Assembly: GCF_044348915.1 (NCBI RefSeq)
Contig: NZ_JBIKRX010000001.1
Span: 6,075 to 70,074, forward strand
DNA: 64,000 bases
Source: Flavobacterium sp.
GTDB taxonomy: Bacteria > Bacteroidota > Bacteroidia > Flavobacteriales > Flavobacteriaceae
Direction: 5' to 3'
The position numbers and the translations under genes were made by a program. A model generated the notes under the pieces. It was given only the letters and a program-made list of their open reading frames with translations, was not told the DNA's origin and did no database searches. Shown here piece after piece: positions 48,571 through 58,576 of this stretch (positions within the stretch are counted from its first letter, which is position 1; each line of letters starts with the position of its first letter).

Positions 48571-48800
48571 TCCCGAAATTTCGGCAGGGCAAACGCACAC
48601 TTTGTTAAAAATTTATAAAAAACAGCCACGAATTGCACGAATTGGCACAAATTTCAATTTTTAAATTACTCGAATTTCCAAAAAAAATGAGAATTAGTGT
48701 GATTAATTATTAAAACTTACCTGTTTTGATATTTAGATTTGTGTTAATTTGTGTAATTAGTGGCAAAAAAAAGTATGCGTTTGCCCTGGAAATTTCGGGA
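48571..48800. repeat. Nested inverted-repeat element (MITE- or BIME-like)
   Basis: Outer IR 48571-48602 / 48771-48800; inner IR 48625-48652 / 48737-48764. Confidence 0.75.
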
Positions 48801-48855
48801 CTAAAATCTTAAATGTAATTCCAAAACTGTATATTTGCTTTTATTTTAATTTAGA

Positions 48856-49152
48856 ATGGCTACAGAAAAAGAAAATGAAGCTCGAGAGTTTTATGAAAGA
48901 TTGAAAAAGGAGTTGGATTTGAGTACCTCTTGGCCCTCTTTGTATTTGTTTAAATTTATTGTGCCGACAAATACAGAAAATATTCTTCGAGTGCAGGACT
49001 CTTTTGATTGCTTGGGAGCAGTAATAAAAACCACTAAGTCAAAAACCGGCAAATTCACTAGCGTTTCGGTTGATGTCCAGATGAAAAATTCTCAAGAAGT
49101 GATTGATAAATACATTGAACTGTCTACTATTGAAGGTATTATTTCCCTATAA
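48856..49152 (+). CDS. DUF493 family protein
   Basis: WPSLYLFKFIVP, SKTGKFTSVSV. Confidence 0.85.
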   Translation: MATEKENEAREFYERLKKELDLSTSWPSLYLFKFIVPTNTENILRVQDSFDCLGAVIKTTKSKTGKFTSVSVDVQMKNSQEVIDKYIELSTIEGIISL

Positions 49153-49267
49153 ATATGAAATGAGCATAACGGAAATGTGATCCAAACATCGATGAAGATA
49201 TTTACGACCCGAGCGCAGAGAACAGGCGAAGCAATTACATATTCCTATAAAAAAATATTATCTACAT

Positions 49268-49993
49268 ATGAATACAAAATATATAAAAGAAGTGGCAAAC
49301 GATGTCGTTTTTAATTTGGAATATAATGCGGAGCGACCTCATTTAATTATTCCAGAATATGGACGTCATTTGCAAAAATTGATAGATCAGGCCACTCTTA
49401 TCGAAGATAGAGACGAGCGCAATAAAGCAGCTAAGTACATTATACAAGTAATGGGAAGTTTGAATCCTCATTTACGAGATGTGCCAGATTTTCAACACAA
49501 ATTATGGGATCAGATTTTTATTATGTCCGATTTCAAATTAGATGTAGAATCTCCTTATCCGGTGCCTACTCGTGAGGTTTTGCAGTTGAAACCTGACGTT
49601 TTACAGTATCCGCAAAATTTCCCAAAATACCGATTTTACGGAAACAATATCAAATACATGATTGATGTTGCTAATAAATGGGAAGAGGGGGAAATGAAAA
49701 GTGCATTGGTAAAAGTTATTGCCAACCACATGAAAAAATCCTATTTGAGTTGGAATAAAGATACGGTCAAAGACGATGTAATCTTTGAACACTTGTATGA
49801 ATTATCAGGAGGAAAATTGGATATGCTTCAAAGCACTGAAGAGCTCCTAACAACAACAGATTTGTTGCGCACCAATAAAAGAGTGTCAAATAAAATTACC
49901 CCAGCTGGACAACCTAAAATTCAAAGCAACAAAAATAACAAGCCGGGTAAATCGAACCAAGTTCACAAAAACCAAAACAGAAAATCTTTGTAA
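49268..49993 (+). CDS. DUF4290-like protein
   Basis: LEYNAERPHLIIPEYGRHLQK, HKLWD, YRFYG. Confidence 0.85.
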   Translation: MNTKYIKEVANDVVFNLEYNAERPHLIIPEYGRHLQKLIDQATLIEDRDERNKAAKYIIQVMGSLNPHLRDVPDFQHKLWDQIFIMSDFKLDVESPYPVPTREVLQLKPDVLQYPQNFPKYRFYGNNIKYMIDVANKWEEGEMKSALVKVIANHMKKSYLSWNKDTVKDDVIFEHLYELSGGKLDMLQSTEELLTTTDLLRTNKRVSNKITPAGQPKIQSNKNNKPGKSNQVHKNQNRKSL

Positions 49994-50032
49994 AACAGTT
50001 ATGAGCTATGAGTTATGAGTTTGTCAATGGAC

Positions 50033-50067
50033 AGCTTCTAACTTCTAACTTCTAACTTCTAACCTCG
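50033..50067. repeat. Heptamer tandem repeat
   Basis: agcttct aacttct aacttct aacttct aacctcg; a related agttatg array lies at 49997-50017. Confidence 0.8.
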
Positions 50068-50073
50068 AAAAAA

Positions 50074-51384
50074 ATGGGAATATTCAAAATAGAAGGCGGT
50101 GTTTCTCTAAAAGGTGAAATCACTCCACAGGGAGCAAAAAACGAAGCTTTGCAAATATTGTGTGCTATATTATTGACCGATGAAAAGGTGACTATCAATA
50201 ATATTCCAGACATTATCGATATCAATAAGTTGATTACGCTCCTAGGGAATTTAGGAGTGAAAATCCAAAAAAACGGGCCAGGTTCTTATACTTTTAAGGC
50301 CGATGAAGTCAATGTAAAATACCTTGAAACAGAAGCTTTCAAAAAAGAAGGCGGTTCGCTAAGAGGTTCGATTATGATTGTTGGTCCACTTTTGGCTCGA
50401 TTTGGCAAAGGATATATTCCTAAACCAGGTGGTGATAAAATAGGACGTAGAAGATTAGATACCCATTTTGAAGGGTTTATCAATCTTGGTGCAAAATTCC
50501 GTTACAATCGTGAGGACCATTTTTACGGAGTTGAAGCTCCGGATGGATTGGTTGGAGCTGATATGTTGCTTGACGAAGCATCGGTTACGGGAACAGCGAA
50601 TATAGTTATGGCTGCCGTTTTAGCCAAAGGAACGACTACTATTTACAATGCTGCTTGTGAACCTTATCTGCAACAATTGTGTAAGATGATGAATGCCATG
50701 GGCGCTAAAGTTTCAGGTATTGGCTCGAATTTACTGACTATCGAAGGGGTTGAAAAACTGGGTGGTTGTGTGCATGGAATTCTGCCCGATATGATTGAAA
50801 TAGGGAGCTGGATTGGACTTGCCGCAATGACAAGAAGCGAAATTACAATCAAAGATGTCAGTTGGGAAAACCTTGGTTTGATTCCAAACGTATTTAGAAA
50901 ACTTGGAATTACTATAGAAAAAGTAGGAGATGATATTTATATTCCTGCTCATAAAGATGGTTATCAAGTAAAAACCGATATCGATGGTTCTATTCTTACC
51001 GTGTCAGATGCACCTTGGCCGGGATTCACGCCCGATTTATTAAGTATCGTTTTGGTGGTGGCTACCCAATGTAAAGGGGATGTCCTGATTCATCAAAAAA
51101 TGTTTGAAAGCCGTTTGTTTTTCGTTGATAAATTGATAGATATGGGAGCAAAAATCATTTTGTGTGACCCACATAGAGCTGTAGTCATTGGACACGATTT
51201 CAAATCGCAACTCAAAGCAACAACAATGTCATCGCCAGATATTCGTGCCGGAATTTCGTTGTTGATTGCCGCACTTTCAGCCAAAGGAACGAGTACCATC
51301 CAAAATATTGAACAAATAGATAGAGGTTACGAGCGAATCGATGAACGATTGAGAGCTATTGGAGCCAAAATTGTAAGAGCATAA
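50074..51384 (+). CDS. murA: UDP-N-acetylglucosamine 1-carboxyvinyltransferase
   Basis: GAKNEAL, LRGS, PGGDKIGRR (Asp at the catalytic Cys position), PWPGFTPD, DIRAG, IDRGYE. Confidence 0.96.
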   Translation: MGIFKIEGGVSLKGEITPQGAKNEALQILCAILLTDEKVTINNIPDIIDINKLITLLGNLGVKIQKNGPGSYTFKADEVNVKYLETEAFKKEGGSLRGSIMIVGPLLARFGKGYIPKPGGDKIGRRRLDTHFEGFINLGAKFRYNREDHFYGVEAPDGLVGADMLLDEASVTGTANIVMAAVLAKGTTTIYNAACEPYLQQLCKMMNAMGAKVSGIGSNLLTIEGVEKLGGCVHGILPDMIEIGSWIGLAAMTRSEITIKDVSWENLGLIPNVFRKLGITIEKVGDDIYIPAHKDGYQVKTDIDGSILTVSDAPWPGFTPDLLSIVLVVATQCKGDVLIHQKMFESRLFFVDKLIDMGAKIILCDPHRAVVIGHDFKSQLKATTMSSPDIRAGISLLIAALSAKGTSTIQNIEQIDRGYERIDERLRAIGAKIVRA

Positions 51385-51404
51385 TTCATTCAATAAAAAA
51401 ATGC

Positions 51405-51439
51405 TAAACCTCAGAGGTTTTTTTAAACCTTTGAGGTTT
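51405..51439. repeat. REP-like double palindrome, variant of 3435..3469
   Basis: AAACCTCAGAGGTTT-tttt-AAACCTTTGAGGTTT. Confidence 0.6.
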
Positions 51440-51453
51440 TTATATAAGACAGT

Positions 51454-52326
51454 ATGTCAAACGAACAAACCGCCATAAAGGCCACGTATTTCAGTATTGT
51501 AAGCAATACTTTATTAGCCTTGATTAAGGGATTGGCTGGTTATTTTGGTAATTCGTATGCTTTGACAGCTGATGCTATCGAATCTACTACTGATATTTTT
51601 TCATCGCTATTAGTTTTATTCGGAATCAAATATTCAAACAAACCTGCTGACGAAAACCACCCTTATGGCCACGGTCGAGCCGAACCTTTAGTAACTTTCT
51701 TAGTGGTTGGTTTTTTGATTACTTCGGCAACAATTATTGCTTATGAAAGTATAATCAATATTGGAACTCCTCACGAATTGCCGGCTTCTTGGACACTAAT
51801 TATTCTCGGAACTATCATTTTATGGAAGGAATATTCTTTTCGCGTTGTGATGAAAAGGAGCAAAGAAGCGAATAGCACCTCCTTGAAAGCGGATGCTTGG
51901 CATCATCGAAGCGATGCCATTACCTCGGTTGCGGCATTTATTGGGATTTCTATCGCATTGTTCTTTGGAAAAGGCTATGAATCAGCCGATGATTTAGCCG
52001 CTCTTTTTGCCTCTGGATTTATTTTTTACAACAGTTACAAAATTTTCAGACCTGCCTTAGGAGAGATTATGGATGAACATTTGTATGATGATTTGGTGAT
52101 CGAAATACGAAAGGTTTCAATGCAAGTGAAAGGTGTGGAAAGTACGGAAAAATGTTTTATTCGAAAAGCAGGCATGAAATACCATGTGGATTTACATGCC
52201 AGTGTCAATGCCAATATCACAGTGCGTGAAGGTCACGATATTTCCCATTTGTTAAAAGATACTTTACGAACAGAAATCCCTGAATTAGGCCACGTTTTAA
52301 TTCATATTGAACCTTCTTATTCTTAA
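51454..52326 (+). CDS. Cation diffusion facilitator family transporter
   Basis: ADAIESTTD, HPYGHGRAE, HHRSD, HVLIHIEP. Confidence 0.93.
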   Translation: MSNEQTAIKATYFSIVSNTLLALIKGLAGYFGNSYALTADAIESTTDIFSSLLVLFGIKYSNKPADENHPYGHGRAEPLVTFLVVGFLITSATIIAYESIINIGTPHELPASWTLIILGTIILWKEYSFRVVMKRSKEANSTSLKADAWHHRSDAITSVAAFIGISIALFFGKGYESADDLAALFASGFIFYNSYKIFRPALGEIMDEHLYDDLVIEIRKVSMQVKGVESTEKCFIRKAGMKYHVDLHASVNANITVREGHDISHLLKDTLRTEIPELGHVLIHIEPSYS

Positions 52327-52412
52327 GAATTTTTTTACTTAAGATTACTTTATTAGAGCTTAAAATCTAATTAAAAGTTTGCAAATTGAAAACTTTTAAT
52401 TAAATTTGTGGC

Positions 52413-52742
52413 ATGAAAATCCTTGTAAAGAAAACGATTCTATTTTATACTGAAAAATATCCAATTGCAAAAACTCAATTGTTAATTTGGTATAATGAAT
52501 TTTCAAAACTGGATTTTAGCAATTTCAACGAGCTTAAACGTGTTTATGGAAATGCAAGTATTGTGAACAATGAACGAGTTGTTGTCAATATAAAAGGGAA
52601 TGATTTTCGTTTAGTGGTTTCAATAAACTTTTTACAAACTGCTTGCTATGTGATTTGGTTTGGAACTCATAAAGAATATGACAAGATTAATGTGGAAACT
52701 ATTGCTTTTGACACAGCAATCCTAAATTATAAAAAGCTATAA
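52413..52742 (+). CDS. higB: HigB-family toxin
   Basis: WYNEF...ELKRVYGNASIV...VVNIKGNDFRLVV...GTHKEYDKI. Confidence 0.88.
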   Translation: MKILVKKTILFYTEKYPIAKTQLLIWYNEFSKLDFSNFNELKRVYGNASIVNNERVVVNIKGNDFRLVVSINFLQTACYVIWFGTHKEYDKINVETIAFDTAILNYKKL

Positions 52743-52744
52743 CT

Positions 52745-53101
52745 ATGAACTGGAAAGTATTAAAAACAGAAGAAGATTACAATAAAGCTTCAATGAGATT
52801 GATGGAAATTTTCCATGCCAAACCTAACACACTAGAAAGTGACGAGTTAGATTTGCTTATGGTTTTGGTTAAAGATTATGATGATAAACATTATGAATTG
52901 CCTGAACTTGATGTTTTGGAAGTTATCAAATATAAAATGCAGGAAATGGGCTTGAAGTCAAAAGATCTTGAACCAATAATTGGTAGTAAAGGCCACGTCT
53001 CATCTATTCTTTCGGGCAAACGTGAAATTACTTTGAAAATGGCGCAAAAACTTAAAAATTATTTCAGTATTCCTGCCGAAGTATTTTTGCATAACGCATA
53101 A
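52745..53101 (+). CDS. higA: HigA-family HTH antitoxin
   Basis: EEDYNKA, DELDLLMVLVKDYD, SKGHVSSILSGKREITL. Confidence 0.88.
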   Translation: MNWKVLKTEEDYNKASMRLMEIFHAKPNTLESDELDLLMVLVKDYDDKHYELPELDVLEVIKYKMQEMGLKSKDLEPIIGSKGHVSSILSGKREITLKMAQKLKNYFSIPAEVFLHNA

Positions 53102-53159
53102 CAAAACTTCAATTCACCCCGATTTTCAGGGATTTCCGTTATCGTTATGGTAATACAAC

Positions 53160-53258
53160 GAAGGTCACGACATCTCGCATTTATTGAAAGATACTTTACG
53201 AACAGAAATCCCTGAATTAGGCCACGTTTTGATTCATGTTGAGCCTTCTTATTCTTGA
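53160..53258 (+). pseudogene. Stranded diverged copy of the last 33 codons of the CDF gene
   Basis: 90/99 identical to 52228..52326; 8 of 9 differences are synonymous (including TAA/TGA) and one is Ile to Val. Confidence 0.95.
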
Positions 53259-53271
53259 AACCTTCTTTAGA

Positions 53272-55761
53272 CTACTCCAAAACATTCAAAATTTTCAAAC
53301 CAAAAACGACTCCGTTTTCCTGAACTCCGTTTTGATTAGAATGCACATAGTCCAGTCTAAATACTTTGAGTTTGCCAAAACCAAGATTGTCCAGGCCTAC
53401 TGTGAATTCTGAATAGGGTTTTATGTCAGGAGTGGCAAGAGCGTGAAATCCTAAAACCAAAGTAGAATTCAATTTGTTCAACAACGGAATTTTATTCATA
53501 ATATAACCTTTGTCGTTGTGTTCCAAATGCGCCTCGAAATACGAATCATTCGTGCTGTTAGAATAATAAGGCATTAGGTTGAAAACGTTCAAATAGCGAT
53601 CGCTGGTTCCAATGTGCGTTCTGTTTCCGTTGAAATGTTTGTAGTCCACAAATGAAATATTATCGCCGTGAATGAAAGTTCCCGCTTTCAGATTTATTCC
53701 CAAAGCTCCTTTGTTTCCTGCATTAAAATCATATCTAACTTGACCCGTAAACAATTGGTATTGATATTTGTTTTCGTTGGCTGCAAAGGCGTTTTCATAT
53801 CCAAAATAGAGTGTCGGATAGTCGTTATTGCGAATGTTTAATTTCCCGTCAGGTCTCGAAATGTATTTGTTGCCGAAATTGATTCTTGCGGACACGGATG
53901 CTTTAGTAAGATGATGTTGATCGAAAGCTGGAGTTACATAATCGTCAGGCAATAGCGGATTATTTGAACTGTACACATCATCACTTTTAATGAATGTTTG
54001 TGTCGTAGTATTGAACAAAGGTTTCCGTTGTTGGTATTCGACAGTGCCTCTTAGGTAGAAATTATTGCCAACATCCTGACCGTAAGCAGCACCTGCAAAT
54101 TCTTTGTTGTACAATTTCATGTAATTATCCACAAAAAACAAGGAGCTTACGGTGTTTATGAATTTAGAGATAGGCTCGTCAGGATTGAATTGATTTACTT
54201 TGGTTCCACCAAAAACAGTTAGTGTTGCATAATTTTGATTGTTGAAGCGATGGTAATAATTGGCAGTTACACGTAATCTGTCATCAGAAAAGCCGTAGTT
54301 AAACTTCGTACTTATCGAGGTTGATTTTCCTTTTTCTTCTTCCTCGGCCCATTTCCGGAACGAAAAGCCGGAGTCTAGATTCCAGCCCTGAACCGTATTG
54401 AAATTTAAGGAGGACAAATTCAATACGCCATCATAGCCAAAAGAAATTTTCTTACTGCTGTTTTTCCAATTATAACCCGTGATTGGACTGTAAAATTTGA
54501 ATTTATTATCTTTCTTGTCGATCGAGTCTAAATATTTTTTAGAAGTTCGAACAGTACGTACGCTATCTTTTTTGATGTAATCGGTGTTCTCCTCAATTGT
54601 AAGTGGAATGGGTCTGATTTGATTCCAAAACAGCGTGTCTTTTTTATTGGAATCGGTTTCAAAACTTACAATTTCATTGGTAAAGGTCTTTTTTGCAAAA
54701 GCTTTTTCGAATTCGTAATTGCTGTAAACATAAGAGAATTTACCATTGAATTTTATGCCAAAGATTCCCGCTGAAAACTCAAGGCTTTGGGTGTTTTTAG
54801 CCCAAATTTTAGTGTTTTTATTATAATTGAAATTTTGTTTCAACTTCATCACATCAACAAATTCTTGATGCATTCTGTAGCCTTTGATGTCTAAATCTAC
54901 CGCGTAAATCGCCCAAGAATCTTCTACAATATAAATGTATCCTTCAAAAACGGGCTCAGCATCTCGCTTGGCGATGACTTTTATTTTGTTGATCATCATG
55001 TTGTTTTCGTCCTGAAAAGTACCTTCTATTTTGTACTTATAATAGTTGAAAGCATTGTCAGCGATAGGGGAAATCATTTTGCTGTTGAAATCCAAAGTAT
55101 TATCGTAAAAATCATAAATTGTAGAGCGCGCTGTATTGTAACTGAAACCTTTATTGTCTCCGCTTACTTTTGAAGCTATGATTCTCTCCTTTAAATTGTC
55201 GGGTTTTTCAAAAATAATTTTCGAAACGGTCTCCGATAAGTAGATAATTCCAGTTCCAGTTGAATCGACCGCACCATTTAGGTCACCAACTTTTTGGCCT
55301 AATATTTTTTTAGGCAAATCTTTGACTTTAAAGATGCCCCGGGAATAGAAATCGGCTTTGAAACGAGCTGTTTTTTCGGAATTGCCTTTTTTATTCTTAA
55401 TCGCATTTCTAATAACAGCATTTGCCGGATTGTCTTTTGGGTTTACAACTACTTCCGAAAGTGAAAGATTTTCTTCAAGCAGTTTTATGTTTTGAACGAA
55501 GGGAAATTTGTCTATGTTTAGGGTGATTTTTTGAGTTTTATATCCCAAGTATTGATAAATAATAGTGTGCTTTCCTGTTTTTTTGACGTTCAATTCGTAA
55601 TTGCCTTTATCATTCGAAGAGGTGCCGTTATAGGTATTCGCTTCTAAAACGGTAACAAGAGAAAGTGGAATTCCATTGCTGTCTGTAATGGTTCCTCTGA
55701 TTTGAGAATAGGAAAATAACGAACACAGAAAAGTGAGAAGCAAGTAAAAATTTTTCATCAA
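53272..55761 (-). CDS. Carboxypeptidase-regulatory-like domain plus DUF5686-like outer-membrane protein
   Basis: IRGTITDSNG.PL, YLGYK, SPIADNAFNYY, FNTVQGW, beta-strand-rich C-terminus. Confidence 0.8.
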   Translation of the reverse strand: MMKNFYLLLTFLCSLFSYSQIRGTITDSNGIPLSLVTVLEANTYNGTSSNDKGNYELNVKKTGKHTIIYQYLGYKTQKITLNIDKFPFVQNIKLLEENLSLSEVVVNPKDNPANAVIRNAIKNKKGNSEKTARFKADFYSRGIFKVKDLPKKILGQKVGDLNGAVDSTGTGIIYLSETVSKIIFEKPDNLKERIIASKVSGDNKGFSYNTARSTIYDFYDNTLDFNSKMISPIADNAFNYYKYKIEGTFQDENNMMINKIKVIAKRDAEPVFEGYIYIVEDSWAIYAVDLDIKGYRMHQEFVDVMKLKQNFNYNKNTKIWAKNTQSLEFSAGIFGIKFNGKFSYVYSNYEFEKAFAKKTFTNEIVSFETDSNKKDTLFWNQIRPIPLTIEENTDYIKKDSVRTVRTSKKYLDSIDKKDNKFKFYSPITGYNWKNSSKKISFGYDGVLNLSSLNFNTVQGWNLDSGFSFRKWAEEEEKGKSTSISTKFNYGFSDDRLRVTANYYHRFNNQNYATLTVFGGTKVNQFNPDEPISKFINTVSSLFFVDNYMKLYNKEFAGAAYGQDVGNNFYLRGTVEYQQRKPLFNTTTQTFIKSDDVYSSNNPLLPDDYVTPAFDQHHLTKASVSARINFGNKYISRPDGKLNIRNNDYPTLYFGYENAFAANENKYQYQLFTGQVRYDFNAGNKGALGINLKAGTFIHGDNISFVDYKHFNGNRTHIGTSDRYLNVFNLMPYYSNSTNDSYFEAHLEHNDKGYIMNKIPLLNKLNSTLVLGFHALATPDIKPYSEFTVGLDNLGFGKLKVFRLDYVHSNQNGVQENGVVFGLKILNVLE

Positions 55762-55860
55762 GGAATTTTTTCTTACAAATATACAAGTAGGAATAAATTT
55801 GAATCCTAAAATTTTGTTATATTATTCCCAGTCAAAAAAAACTTTTTATTTGAGGAGAAT

Positions 55861-56280
55861 CTATAGGAAAGACAAGATCGCAAGTTCATAGCTTTTCATG
55901 CCAAAACCCAGAATAACGCCTTTGGCATTTCCTGAAATGTAGGATTGATGACGAAAACTTTCGCGTGAAAAAGTATTCGAAATATGGACTTCAACCACTG
56001 GGGTTGTTATACTTTTTATGGCATCACCAATGCCAATTGAAGTGTGGGTATAAGCTCCGGCATTAAGAATAATTCCGTCATACGAAAAACCAAATTCCTG
56101 AATTTTGCCAATTAATTCGCCTTCAATATTACTTTGAAAATAGGTTAATTCAACTTGTGGAAACTTAGTTTTTAAGGTGGAGAGGTAGTCTTCAAAGGTT
56201 TGTGAACCATAAATTTCTGGTTCGCGTTTTCCTAGTAAGTTGAGGTTTGGTCCGTTGATGATGGCAATTTTCATTTTCAA
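55861..56280 (-). CDS. aroQ: Type II 3-dehydroquinate dehydratase
   Basis: NGPNLNLLGKREPEIYG, NAGAYTHTS, EVHISN...RE.FR. Confidence 0.96.
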   Translation of the reverse strand: MKMKIAIINGPNLNLLGKREPEIYGSQTFEDYLSTLKTKFPQVELTYFQSNIEGELIGKIQEFGFSYDGIILNAGAYTHTSIGIGDAIKSITTPVVEVHISNTFSRESFRHQSYISGNAKGVILGFGMKSYELAILSFL

Positions 56281-56348
56281 TGTTTTTGTAAAAATAAAAA
56301 AACCGTTTCAATAAAAACGGTTTTGATTCACTAATGATTTAATTTTTC

Positions 56349-56891
56349 TTAAAATAGTATCCCCGCCGATAGTTGAAGCACGGAGTTTTTTGATTCGGCA
56401 TTCGGCGAAACCTCTGTCAAGCCTAGAACGTATCTTCCTTGTATGAAAAGGCTTTTTGTAATTTTAAAGCACAGTCCTGCATCAAGTGCAAAATCAAATG
56501 TATTGGAATTAGACACGTCAAACTGATTTTTTTCGCTCACTAAGAAAGAAGCCTGTGGCCCTAGCTCTAAACTAAAGGATTTGCTTAAATAAATTTTTGC
56601 CAGAACAGGAATCGCTATATAGCCCAATTCATTTTCGACATCTCCTAAAATTGTATTGTAGGTAGCTCCTTGTGTGGTGTAGAGCAACTCGGGTTGAATA
56701 GCAAATTTTTCAAGCAATTTGATTTCAGAGACTAATCCAACATGATAGCTAGTAATGGCGTCTGTCTGAATGCTTGTTCCAGAAAAGTTTGCGTAATTTA
56801 ATCCTGCTTTAAGACCAATTTTTAATAATTGAGCTTGGCTGTTGATAGTTAAAAGGAGTAATAATGCCGAAAGAAAAAATTTTTTTTTCAT
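56349..56891 (-). CDS. Outer-membrane beta-barrel (porin family) protein
   Basis: Signal peptide, GLKAGLN, IQPELLY, terminal Phe. Confidence 0.85.
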   Translation of the reverse strand: MKKKFFLSALLLLLTINSQAQLLKIGLKAGLNYANFSGTSIQTDAITSYHVGLVSEIKLLEKFAIQPELLYTTQGATYNTILGDVENELGYIAIPVLAKIYLSKSFSLELGPQASFLVSEKNQFDVSNSNTFDFALDAGLCFKITKSLFIQGRYVLGLTEVSPNAESKNSVLQLSAGILF

Positions 56892-57149
56892 AAACAGTGT
56901 TTTAAAGATTTAGTGGACTATTCTAAAACTCTTTTAGATACCTTTTATTGTATTGTACGGTTTAAATTATTTTGTGATTTGCAAAAAATAAGATTGGGAC
57001 CAAATGCAGAATATGATAATATTATAGGTGTGTTTTTGGCGAATTGTTAAAAACGATGTTAATAACTATGTTGATAACGATATAAAAATGTTTATAACTC
57101 AAAAATTTTATAGGTTAAATTTGCATAATTAACTTTAAATAAAACAAAA

Positions 57150-57743
57150 ATGAAAAAAATTATTTTATCAGTAGTTGCAGTTTTTGCATTTGGATTTGCA
57201 AACGCACAAGACGTACCTGCGGGTATGGGTTTCTCTAAAGGGGATAAATTTGTAGAAGGAGCTTTTAGTTTCCGTTCAGGAGACGTAGAAGATAGCTGGG
57301 CATTTACCCCGAAAATGGGTTATATGCTTGACGATAAATGGGCAGTTGGAGGGTTTTTAGCTCTTGCTGGTCAAGATAATGGGAATACAGAAACCGGTAC
57401 TTTTAGTATTGGTGGTTTCGCTCGTTATTATTTCTTGTCTTTAGGTGAGAAAAAAAGCTTTCAAGCATACGGTGAAATTGGTTTAGGATATGCTTCTATA
57501 TCAAGTGAGACAAATAACGCTAATAAGAATACTAGCAGTTCTATTAGTGCAAATATTGATTTAGGAATGAACTATTTCTTTACACCTCATTGGGCAGCTA
57601 CATTTGAATTGGCAAACATTTTGAGTTACAACAATGTGAATCCAGAAGGTAGTGCAGGTAATTCAAGTGATTTAAATGTAAATGTAAACTTGTTCAATAA
57701 CATTTTTGCTACTCCACAATTCGGTTTATTGTATAAATGGTAG
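57150..57743 (+). CDS. Outer-membrane beta-barrel protein
   Basis: Signal peptide, amphipathic strands, terminal FGLLYKW. Confidence 0.85.
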   Translation: MKKIILSVVAVFAFGFANAQDVPAGMGFSKGDKFVEGAFSFRSGDVEDSWAFTPKMGYMLDDKWAVGGFLALAGQDNGNTETGTFSIGGFARYYFLSLGEKKSFQAYGEIGLGYASISSETNNANKNTSSSISANIDLGMNYFFTPHWAATFELANILSYNNVNPEGSAGNSSDLNVNVNLFNNIFATPQFGLLYKW

Positions 57744-57766
57744 TAAATCACGATTGAAATTTTTAT

Positions 57767-57799
57767 AAAACCATCCGCCGCGGCGGATGGTTTTTTTTT
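57767..57799 (+). terminator. Intrinsic terminator
   Basis: aaaaccatccgccg/cggcggatggttttttttt. Confidence 0.8.
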
Positions 57800-57904
57800 G
57801 GTTTAGTATACTTGTAAGTAAATATTCCGTATCAAAAAAATGATTTTAATAATTTATTTCGTATCTTTAATATAGAATTTTAGTATTAATTTAATGTATA
57901 TATT

Positions 57905-58504
57905 ATGAAAAAAATTATTTTATTGGTGTTATTGGCTTTGGTTATAACCAATGGTTATTCTCAAAAAAAAGGTGCTTTTAGAGTTGGTTTAGACGCAGGT
58001 TACGTGCCGACCGGAGGTGGAGGTGGAGGTCTTTTGTCTTTAGAAGGTAAGTATAATTTAACCGACAATATGAATGTCGGTTTGAGATTTTGCAGCGCAG
58101 GAATAGCCCGTAATATAGAAACAGGTAATGGCCAAGTTACAAATGCTGATATTTCTGGTATTGGTTCTATCGTTGGAACTTATGATTATTACATTCATAT
58201 TGGATCTATGTCATTAGTTCCTTATTTTGGTGCTGGTATAGGTTATTACTCAATTGCTAATGTCGAAGCTGAGGGTTCGTCTTATACTTCAAATATTGAA
58301 TCTACCAGTGAAATTGGAGGTTTGATTAGAGGAGGAATTGAATGGGGAAAACTTAGAGTTGGATTAGAATACAATATAGTTCCGGATTCTAATCTACAAG
58401 ATATTTACGGAAATATGACCAACGTAAAAGTGGAAAACGCCTATTTTGGAATTACAATTGGATTTTATTTAGGAGGTGGAAAATGGGGCGCAAAAAAATC
58501 TTGA
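57905..58504 (+). CDS. Outer-membrane beta-barrel protein
   Basis: Signal peptide, PYFGAGIG, YFGITIGFYLGGG. Confidence 0.82.
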   Translation: MKKIILLVLLALVITNGYSQKKGAFRVGLDAGYVPTGGGGGGLLSLEGKYNLTDNMNVGLRFCSAGIARNIETGNGQVTNADISGIGSIVGTYDYYIHIGSMSLVPYFGAGIGYYSIANVEAEGSSYTSNIESTSEIGGLIRGGIEWGKLRVGLEYNIVPDSNLQDIYGNMTNVKVENAYFGITIGFYLGGGKWGAKKS

Positions 58505-58576
58505 TTTAATTTAAAGTTGTTAAACCACGCTATCGGCGTGGTTTTTTTATGTCTAAAAATAGCTTTTCTTTGTACT

